Source: an uncultured Caldisericales bacterium (lineage in GTDB: Bacteria; Caldisericota; Caldisericia; JAAYUI01). From it: 64,000 nt of DNA. Under the pieces are notes generated by a model. The model was not told the DNA's origin and did no database searches. It saw only the letters and a list, made by a program, of their open reading frames with translations. Shown here piece after piece: positions 56,601 through 64,000 of this stretch (positions within the stretch are counted from its first letter, which is position 1; every line of letters begins with the position of its first letter). A program made the position numbers and the translations under genes. Location of the stretch: assembly GCA_964472265.1 (NCBI GenBank), contig CAYYJO010000002.1:2002-66001 (forward strand), in the 5' to 3' direction.

Positions 56601-57917
56601 ATGCCAAGACTTTTTGGTACTGACGGCGTCCGGGGTGAATATGGAACAACGCTCACCCCGGAGCTTGTTTTAAAGATAGCCGACTCTGCCGCCCGTTTTT
56701 TTGACAGGGCAGAAAAGGTTCTGCTCATCGGCAGGGACACAAGAATATCCGGTCCAGAGATTGAAAGTCTGCTAGCCAAAGGATTCGTTGGCAACGGTTG
56801 GAAAGTAATCAATGCAGGAATAATTCCGACTCCGGGACTTGCAAGGCTTTGCCGTGAAACCGGTTATTACGGTGCCGTTATTTCAGCCTCCCACAACCCA
56901 ATCCACGACAATGGCATTAAATTTTTCTCACCCAAAGGCATCAAACTTCTCGATGAAGAGGAAGATGCAATTGAATCCATGCTCCGCAACGATCCTAACG
57001 GTCATGATGCCGTTCACGGTTCACACCAGACCGATGAGATGTGGAGAAAATATGCTTCAGAGCTAATTGGTGATGTCTGTGTAAATCTATCTGGCAAAAA
57101 AATCGTTTTAGACTGCGCTTTTGGTGCTACCTGCTTTTCAGCACCATATGTATTCAAAAATCTCGGCGCAGAAGTAATTTCAATGGGCGATGCCCCCGAC
57201 GGAAACCTTATCAATGTCAAGTGCGGTTCAACCGACCCTGAGAAGATGTGCAACCTTGTCAGGGAAAATGGAGCCTGGATGGGCTTTGCTTTCGACGGTG
57301 ACGGTGATCGCTGCATGGCTTGCGACCACGAAGGCAATCTTGTAGACGGTGACAAAATGATGGGGATCATCGCAACTCACTTCAAGGGAAAACGCCTGCC
57401 AAACAACATCATCATCACAACCGTCATGACAAACATGGGCCTTGAAGAATACCTTGAAAACCACGGAATCAAAATGGGCAGAGCCCAGGTCGGCGACCGC
57501 TACGTTTATCAGATGATGCTTGAAACCGGCGCAAACCTCGGTGGTGAGCAGTCCGGGCACGTCATAATCTCAGATCGCGTCACAACAGGCGATGGAACCC
57601 TGACAGCGCTGACACTTGCCGAATCACTCATTGGCCTTGGGAAAACCCTCAAGGAAGCCTCAGAAGAAATACCGACATACCCACAAATCCTGATCAACGT
57701 GAAGGTCAGGAACAAAGAAGAGGTGCTAAACTCAGGCATCGTTGAGGAACTCACACAAAAAGCCAGCAAAGAGCTTGAAGGTCATGGCAGAATCCTCATC
57801 AGACCGTCAGGCACTGAACCAAAAATCAGGGTAATGGTTGAAGCGTCCAGCCAAAAGCTTTGCGAAACTGTCGTTAACGAGTCTGCAAACCAGATAAAAT
57901 CAAGATTCGGAATATAA
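56601..57917 (+). CDS. glmM: Phosphoglucosamine mutase
   Basis: 'MPRLFGTDGVRG' start and active-site 'SASHNP'. 438 aa. Confidence 0.9.
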   Translation: MPRLFGTDGVRGEYGTTLTPELVLKIADSAARFFDRAEKVLLIGRDTRISGPEIESLLAKGFVGNGWKVINAGIIPTPGLARLCRETGYYGAVISASHNPIHDNGIKFFSPKGIKLLDEEEDAIESMLRNDPNGHDAVHGSHQTDEMWRKYASELIGDVCVNLSGKKIVLDCAFGATCFSAPYVFKNLGAEVISMGDAPDGNLINVKCGSTDPEKMCNLVRENGAWMGFAFDGDGDRCMACDHEGNLVDGDKMMGIIATHFKGKRLPNNIIITTVMTNMGLEEYLENHGIKMGRAQVGDRYVYQMMLETGANLGGEQSGHVIISDRVTTGDGTLTALTLAESLIGLGKTLKEASEEIPTYPQILINVKVRNKEEVLNSGIVEELTQKASKELEGHGRILIRPSGTEPKIRVMVEASSQKLCETVVNESANQIKSRFGI

Positions 57918-57945
57918 AAAATCACGAGTTGAATCTTGTGTCAAA

Positions 57946-58191
57946 GTGATCATGAATACAGACAGCAAACTTTCATGCATGGCCTTCAAGGCTGAAGAAC
58001 AGTCACTTGGCTGGACATCAAGCCAAACAGGATTTGAACTGCTCATGAGTGTGCTTGAAAAAGCCATGGCATGGATAGCGGAAGATGGAATCGATGCAAA
58101 ATCTGTTAGTCATGACATAACCAAATATTCAAGCGCCGGCATCGTCGTGCTTCAAGCCACTGTCGTAGTTTTCTATAAAGAGCAACTCTGA
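57946..58191 (+). CDS. Hypothetical small protein (81 aa)
   Basis: The only sizeable ORF in the 318-bp glmM to lipoprotein gap. No motif. May be non-coding. Confidence 0.25.
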   Translation: MIMNTDSKLSCMAFKAEEQSLGWTSSQTGFELLMSVLEKAMAWIAEDGIDAKSVSHDITKYSSAGIVVLQATVVVFYKEQL

Positions 58192-58235
58192 AAATTCCGT
58201 CCTTGAATTCTCAACCATAGCGGTAAAATCGTCTT

Positions 58236-59978
58236 ATGGGAAATATTTGGGTAGTTCTTGTCGGTTTCATATTTTTGGTTTCATGTTCAAAAACAATTGA
58301 CAACCACAATATTTCAATGACCTACTACCAAGATGGCCAAAAGAAAATTCTAAGCTTGAATCCAGACGATGAATTCATTGAAGAAACAGAAGTCAATGTA
58401 GAAAAGGTTTTGTTAGACAAGCTTGGGAGATGGACACCAACAAGGCCTGACAAGGTGCTGTATGAGGACGCTGACGGGAGGCAGCTTGTTGAGGATGGTC
58501 AAACCGGCAAAACTGTCTGGAAAAGTTATGACATGCAAGGTAAAGTGACAGTCACTGATTTTTACGCATCGATGAATGACGCTTCAATGAGAAATTCAAT
58601 TGAAGACCAAAAATTTCCGATCCAATACCAGGATTTCGGGGAGTTTGAACAAGACAAATCTGATTATGTTCAAGAAAAAACGCCTGAACGGTATGAGCTG
58701 AAGATAACAGGCGAAGGATTGCCCCCAATTCCTGAAAGAATCAGGAAACAATACGCAACAGACCATCCATTCTTCATCAATTTCGAATCGCTTGACGAAG
58801 GCTGGCAGAAATACAAGTCTCTGACAACAAACAAGATTCTGACCTATGGTCGGGAAATTCAGGAGGCATTTTCATCCGACTGGAAGAAAATCGAACTGGC
58901 CTATCTGAAATACAACGCCAAGGAAGAAATGCTTTATAGATATGACAAGGTTGATGTCGAGCCAAACAGCTACTGGGTCGACAGGAAAGTTGGAAAGCTG
59001 ACCACCCACATTTATGAGGCTAAACCGTGCAAAGAAGTGCCTGTTCTGAGATCAGACCATTTCAAAGAGGACGTAAAAAAATACGTTGAGAAAACACTCG
59101 AGCCAGTCTGGTACTGGACAGACTACACCGACCTGACGCTGATGACTGACAGATCAGTGATTGAATCTGCAAGGATCACAATGATTCCTATGTCAGAAAA
59201 AGTATGGATAATTCTCGTTGCATCCAGCTACGGCAAATCAGATCGCATTAGAGTTTTCTGGACATTCTCGGTTGTTCAGTTCGACAGCCCAAAGCCTGTT
59301 CTGAGAACCTGGGGGCAGGAAACCTTTGCCGACACCTTCACCAACGGAACCCAGGGTTTTACAAAAAACCACAACTGGGCTGATCCTGAAAAAGACATCG
59401 AGCTGTACGGCGTTGGCGACGTGAATCTCGATGGCTTCAAGGACTTCATCTTCAGATTCAACGGATGGGGGTGTGCAACAGAAGATTCTCACGCAATCAT
59501 GATCATAACGCTTACCGACAAGGGATTTGCCGAGATTGCCTCGGATCATTACCTGTACAACTTCTTTGGCTTTGACGGCAACAAGCCTCTGTTTGAGTTT
59601 CAATATTTTGGTAATGGGCAGCTCTACTCCACCTATCACAACGAATCGTTGGCCTCAACAAGATGGAATAGACACATTCTCAAGGTCGTCGAACCCAGAA
59701 AAGATGGAAATCTGTACATGGTTTCGTACAGATACAACAGGGACATCGAAGACAAGCTCAGTGAAATCACGCAAAAGAACGTTTTGTATCTTTCTCTGGG
59801 AGGGTACGAGGTTATTGGTCAAACAAGACGTGCCCAGGAAGCATTCCTTCAGACAACTTCATACTCAACCGATGAGCAGAAAGAAATTGTCAAGGTTCTG
59901 CTTGCAAAGAAGAAGCCGATGTTTGTCGAGAAATACGAAGATCTGCTTCCAGAGCTAAAAAGCCACGACCGTTACTGA
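58236..59978 (+). CDS. Hypothetical lipoprotein (580 aa) with one FG-GAP/VCBS-like Ca-binding loop
   Basis: Lipobox 'FLVSC'. 'YGVGDVNLDGFKDFIF' matches the FG-GAP 'DxNxDGxxD' loop. Otherwise no recognisable domain. Confidence 0.55.
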   Translation: MGNIWVVLVGFIFLVSCSKTIDNHNISMTYYQDGQKKILSLNPDDEFIEETEVNVEKVLLDKLGRWTPTRPDKVLYEDADGRQLVEDGQTGKTVWKSYDMQGKVTVTDFYASMNDASMRNSIEDQKFPIQYQDFGEFEQDKSDYVQEKTPERYELKITGEGLPPIPERIRKQYATDHPFFINFESLDEGWQKYKSLTTNKILTYGREIQEAFSSDWKKIELAYLKYNAKEEMLYRYDKVDVEPNSYWVDRKVGKLTTHIYEAKPCKEVPVLRSDHFKEDVKKYVEKTLEPVWYWTDYTDLTLMTDRSVIESARITMIPMSEKVWIILVASSYGKSDRIRVFWTFSVVQFDSPKPVLRTWGQETFADTFTNGTQGFTKNHNWADPEKDIELYGVGDVNLDGFKDFIFRFNGWGCATEDSHAIMIITLTDKGFAEIASDHYLYNFFGFDGNKPLFEFQYFGNGQLYSTYHNESLASTRWNRHILKVVEPRKDGNLYMVSYRYNRDIEDKLSEITQKNVLYLSLGGYEVIGQTRRAQEAFLQTTSYSTDEQKEIVKVLLAKKKPMFVEKYEDLLPELKSHDRY

Positions 59979-60020
59979 CGGCTTGTTGATTGGAAACAAA
60001 ATCCGGCTATATTTTTCCTC

Positions 60021-63000
60021 ATGTTCGTACACCTTCACAATCATTCGGAATACTCGCTGCTTGACGGCGCCATAAAGCTTTACGAGATGGCTGCCAGGGC
60101 TGCGAAGCTGAACATGCCGGCAATCGCCCTCACAGATCACGGCAACATGTACGGAGCCGTCGAATTCTACAAGGCGTGCAAGAAGAACAAGGTCAAGCCG
60201 ATCATTGGCTGCGAAGCCTACGTGGTGCCTAAAGGAATCAAAAACCAGACTTCTTCAGAGGAGAATTTCCACCTCATCCTTCTGGCAGAAAACATCACAG
60301 GCTACCACAACCTTCTGTCGATCGTGACCGAAGCCCACACAAAAGGTTTCTACTACAAGCCAAGAGTCGATCTCGACATCCTGCAGAAGTACAACGAAGG
60401 CATAATCTGCGCCACAGCCTGCATCGGAGGAGAAGTACCACAGTATTTGCTCAGGGGCGACACGCACGGTGCAAAAGCGGCGCTTGGCAGGTACAATGAA
60501 ATCTTCAAGGGCAGGCTCTACGTCGAGCTCCAGGATCACAAGATGAAGGAAGAGATAATGGTTCTTCCCCAACTTATTCAGCTGGCCAAGGATTTCGATC
60601 TGCCCGTCATCTGCACGCAGGACGCCCACTATCTCTCGCACGAAGACCATGAAGCGCACGACATCCTTTTGTGTGTCCAGACGCTCTCAAAACAGGAAGA
60701 CCCTGTCAGGTTCAGATTTCCAAACGATGAATTCTATCTCAAGACGCCTCAGCAGATGCAGGAGCTTTTTGGATGGGTTCCAGAAGCGGTCACAAACACC
60801 CTTGAAATCGCCGAAAGATGCAATGTCGACATCGAGCTTGGAAAACCACATCCACCAAAATTTACAGACATAGCCTCCGATGACCCCAAAGAGCATATGG
60901 CTGTTCTGACTGAGTTGGTCAACAAAGGTCTTGCCTTCAGGTTTGGTTGCGCCATCACCCAGGAAATACGCGACAGGATAGACTATGAGCTTAAAGTCAT
61001 TGAACAGACCGGCTTCATCGATTACTTCCTCGTCATCTGGGACTTCATAAAGTACGCCAAAGACAACGGAATTTCGGTTGGCCCAGGAAGGGGATCAGGT
61101 GCAGCCTCGCTTGTTTCATACTGCCTCAACATCACCGACGTAAACCCGATTGAGTATGGTTTGTTCTTTGAAAGGTTCCTCAACCCCGAAAGAATCTCAC
61201 CTCCCGACCTCGACATCGACTTTGACGACACCAGACGTGGAGAAGTCATCAGATACGTCACCCAAAAGTACGGTGAGGACTCAGTCGCCCAGGTTGCAAC
61301 GTTTGGCCGAATGGAAGCCAGAGCCGTTCTCAGAGACGTTGGGCGAGCACTCAGCTTCTCATACGGTGAGATGGACAAAATCGCAAAACTTGTTCCGTTT
61401 GGCTCTGATTTGAACGACGCACTGGAAAACGTGCCTCAGCTTAGAGAATTGGCCAACTCAGACCTTCAGCACAAAAAGCTCTTTGAAAACGCAAAGAAAC
61501 TCGAAAGCCTTGTCAGAAACGTTGGCGTCCACGCAGCTGGCGTTGTAATTGCCGACAAACCTCTTCAAAGCTATGTCCCCCTGCAACTCGACAAGGACGG
61601 CAAAAGGGTTGTCCAATTCGAGAAAAACGCCATCGAAGAACTCGGTTTGCTCAAGATGGACTTCCTTGGTCTGCGCAACCTTTCAGTCATTGAGAGGGCT
61701 GTGAAGATCATCGATGAACGCCATCACGTCCAGCTGGACATGGCCAAGCTCCCACTCGACGATCCTGAAGTCTACAGGCTTTTACAGGAGGGTGACACAA
61801 CTGGTGTTTTCCAGCTCGAGTCTTCAGGCATGAGACGATACCTCAAGGAACTCAAACCCAACGTCATTTCCGACATCATCGCCATGGTTGCCCTCTACAG
61901 GCCTGGCCCGATGGAATACATCCCCAAATTTATCGGTGGCAAAAACGGAACAATTCCAGTCTCATACCTTGATCCATGCCTAGAAAGCTCGCTGAAGGAC
62001 ACGTATGGTGTGGCCGTTTATCAGGAACAGGTCATGCAGATGGCAAGGGACTTCGCAGGATTCACGCTGGGACAGGCTGATATCCTCAGAAAGGCTGTCG
62101 GAAAAAAGATCGCCGAACTTCTGGCCGAACAGAAGAAAATTTTCATTGAGAGATCGGTGGCAAACGGCAAGAACGCAAAGCTGGCCGAGGAAGTCTTCAA
62201 ATTCATCGAGCCTTTCGCCGGTTACGGCTTCAACAGAGCACACGCCACCTGTTACGGATTCATTTCCTACCGAACCGCCTATCTCAAGGCACATTATAAG
62301 CTCGAATATTACACATCAATCTTGACTTCATATATCGGAAATGAAGACAAGATCAAGGAAATGTACGAGGAGTGCAGACGAACAAACCTGCCAATCCTTC
62401 CACCAGACATCAATTCTTCAGCATCTGATTTTACAATAGAAGACAATTCCATAAGGTATGCGCTTTCAGCGCTCAAAAATGTCGGTGATGCAGCAGTTTC
62501 GTTGATAATTGTTGAAAGAAACAAAAAGAAGTTTGCATCGTTCGAGGATTTCCAGGATCGCGTCGATTCAACAAAGGTAAACAAAAAAGTGGTTGAAAGC
62601 CTCATAAAAGCGGGAGCATTTGACAGCCTTGATCCAGACAGGGGAGACCTCCTTGAGCGGCAAAACAGCGAAAACGGCGGATTCAGCCTCTTCGGAGCAA
62701 TTGAGGAGAAGAAGCCTTCAAAATATTCAAAGGACCAGATTCTCTCCATGGAAAAGGAGATCCTCGGATTCTACATGTCCGACCACCCGATGAGGCCTTA
62801 CGAGAAACTCATTGCCAGAGAGGATCACACGCCAATTGCCGAGCTGGTCGATGTTGAAGAGGATTCACCGGTAAAAGTCATTGGCATAATCACATCGGTT
62901 GCCAAAACAAAATCCAAAAAAGGTGCTCCCATTGCAAACATCACCCTTGAAGACCTGACCGGAATCATAAAGATCACTGCGTTTGGCGAGGCTTATGATT

Positions 63001-63377
63001 CACTGAGCCAGCATCTGGATTCAGACGAAATCATGATGATTTCAGGAAGGCTCGAAAAAGGCGATGGCTCACCAAGAATCATCGCAAGCAAAATGGAGAA
63101 GACGATATCACGCGACGACCTGACAATCAGCCAAGAGGACAGCAAGTTCAACCTTAACGTCCTGCTTCATCTTGAAACCCAATCACACCTGATGGCATCA
63201 ATAAAAGTCATCCTCCAAAACAACAAGGGCGACAATCCGGTAATACTGCATCTGGAGAAGAATGGGCAAAGGGTGAAACTCACTGCAGAACGTGACAACT
63301 GGGTTTCATCAAGCCAGGACACCGTCAAGCGAATCAGGGAACTGGTCGGAGCAAACAAGGTCTGGCTCACAAGATAA
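60021..63377 (+). CDS. dnaE: DNA polymerase III alpha subunit
   Basis: PHP domain start 'MFVHLHNHSEYSLLDGA', 1118 aa, pol-IIIα palm/fingers and an OB-fold C-terminus. No intein. Confidence 0.9.
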   Translation: MFVHLHNHSEYSLLDGAIKLYEMAARAAKLNMPAIALTDHGNMYGAVEFYKACKKNKVKPIIGCEAYVVPKGIKNQTSSEENFHLILLAENITGYHNLLSIVTEAHTKGFYYKPRVDLDILQKYNEGIICATACIGGEVPQYLLRGDTHGAKAALGRYNEIFKGRLYVELQDHKMKEEIMVLPQLIQLAKDFDLPVICTQDAHYLSHEDHEAHDILLCVQTLSKQEDPVRFRFPNDEFYLKTPQQMQELFGWVPEAVTNTLEIAERCNVDIELGKPHPPKFTDIASDDPKEHMAVLTELVNKGLAFRFGCAITQEIRDRIDYELKVIEQTGFIDYFLVIWDFIKYAKDNGISVGPGRGSGAASLVSYCLNITDVNPIEYGLFFERFLNPERISPPDLDIDFDDTRRGEVIRYVTQKYGEDSVAQVATFGRMEARAVLRDVGRALSFSYGEMDKIAKLVPFGSDLNDALENVPQLRELANSDLQHKKLFENAKKLESLVRNVGVHAAGVVIADKPLQSYVPLQLDKDGKRVVQFEKNAIEELGLLKMDFLGLRNLSVIERAVKIIDERHHVQLDMAKLPLDDPEVYRLLQEGDTTGVFQLESSGMRRYLKELKPNVISDIIAMVALYRPGPMEYIPKFIGGKNGTIPVSYLDPCLESSLKDTYGVAVYQEQVMQMARDFAGFTLGQADILRKAVGKKIAELLAEQKKIFIERSVANGKNAKLAEEVFKFIEPFAGYGFNRAHATCYGFISYRTAYLKAHYKLEYYTSILTSYIGNEDKIKEMYEECRRTNLPILPPDINSSASDFTIEDNSIRYALSALKNVGDAAVSLIIVERNKKKFASFEDFQDRVDSTKVNKKVVESLIKAGAFDSLDPDRGDLLERQNSENGGFSLFGAIEEKKPSKYSKDQILSMEKEILGFYMSDHPMRPYEKLIAREDHTPIAELVDVEEDSPVKVIGIITSVAKTKSKKGAPIANITLEDLTGIIKITAFGEAYDSLSQHLDSDEIMMISGRLEKGDGSPRIIASKMEKTISRDDLTISQEDSKFNLNVLLHLETQSHLMASIKVILQNNKGDNPVILHLEKNGQRVKLTAERDNWVSSSQDTVKRIRELVGANKVWLTR

Positions 63378-63390
63378 ACGGAGGTGGATT

Positions 63391-64000
63391 CATGAAAAAA
63401 TACGCAATTCTGACCGGTGGCGGAGACTGCCCTGGACTTAATCCCGCAATCTACGGAGCTGCAAAAACCGCTCTCAAGGCCGGGCACAAAGTGCTTGGAA
63501 TTGTGGATGGCTGGAAAGGCATGATCAACTCCGAGGCTATCGAGCTTGATGAAAAAACAATCCACGGCATCAGCGCACAGGGCGGAACCATCCTTGGAAC
63601 ATCAAGAACCAACCCCTTCAAACGCGAAGGTGGCGCAGAAGCTGTAAAAGCCACATTCTCAAAGCTTGGCATTGACGGCCTTGTCGCAGCAGGCGGTGAG
63701 GACACACTCGGTGTTGCCTCAAAACTCTTCGATCTGGGCTTGCCAGTTGTTGGCGTACCCAAAACAATGGACAACGATTTGTCAGGAACCGACTACACCT
63801 TTGGTTTCTTCTCGGCAGCCGAAATCGGTATGGATGCAGCCATGAGGCTCCACGACACAGCAAAATCGCACCACCGCGTGCTTGTCCTCGAAGTCATGGG
63901 CAGACACGCCGGCTGGGTGGCTCTATACTCAGGCATTGGCGCGTTTGCAGACTACACAATGCTTCCAGAACGCAAAGTGAACGTTGATGAACTGATCACA
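63391..64000 (+). CDS. pfk: 6-phosphofructokinase (3' partial; PPi-dependent signature)
   Basis: A GGAGGTGG RBS followed by 'MKKYAILTGGGDCPGLNPAIYG'. 'GGEDT' (Asp at the E. coli Gly104 position) and 'PKTMDND' (Lys at the Gly124 position). Open to the window end. Confidence 0.8.

Noticed and set aside
57918-58235. Largest intergenic gap, checked for a tRNA, small ncRNA or toxin-antitoxin pair.
   Set aside because: No tRNA-like T-arm (GTTCRANYC) or acceptor pairing, and no convincing stem-loop set. It contains only an unsupported 81-aa ORF, kept as a low-confidence feature.
1-64000. Scan for CRISPR repeats, IS/transposase or integrase genes, phage genes, restriction-modification systems or known defence-system signatures.
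   Set aside because: No spaced direct repeats, no DDE or tyrosine recombinase motifs, and no defence-associated ATPase or nuclease genes were recognised. The window is core-genome-like. The 30.9-34.6 kb islet is the only compositionally deviant part.

Overview
This is a compact, gene-dense chromosomal window (~50% GC). About 60 protein genes were identified, almost all housekeeping, and many share 1-8 nt start/stop overlaps that suggest translational coupling. Conserved blocks recognised from protein motifs: comEA-comEC; transketolase C-terminal subunit-glmS-recR-ybaB-dnaX; metG-tatD; rpsO-pnp-M16 peptidase-UDG-RNase J-Nudix-QueT-CN hydrolase-nadE; HAD-mnmA; glnA-porGBAD-glyS-glyQ-CBS-O-antigen ligase-LCP-murJ-clpB-thrS-HD-tgt-malic enzyme, all on the minus strand; infC-rpmI-rplT-glmM; dnaE; and a 5' partial pfk. 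Lineage cannot be assigned from sequence alone. Monoderm-like traits are present (LCP protein, RNase J, ComEA/ComEC, lipobox lipoproteins, and 'copper-amine-oxidase N-terminal' (CuAO_N) stalk domains on surface proteins). No rRNA, tRNA, CRISPR array, transposase or integrase was found. The non-housekeeping content worth a second look is listed below. (1) Three paralogous CuAO_N-domain surface proteins, with a PflX-like radical SAM gene wedged between two of them. (2) A tandem-duplicated Trp-rich lipoprotein with its own strong promoter, and a second large lipoprotein upstream of dnaE. (3) A terminator-bounded, lower-GC islet at 30.9-34.6 kb holding an S8 protease, a 260-bp ~25% GC spacer, a secreted propeller-like protein and a leaderless RHH plus bactofilin-like gene pair. 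(4) A zf-HC2-like mini-ORF and small membrane protein directly upstream of clpB. (5) A split glutamine-dependent NAD synthetase, an orphan transketolase C-subunit and a PPi-type PFK signature. (6) A ~20 kb, ~23-gene gap-free co-directional array with a single clear terminator, after glnA. I did not find a convincing novel multi-gene defence or mobile system, and I say so rather than invent one. All calls rest on motif recognition without database searches.
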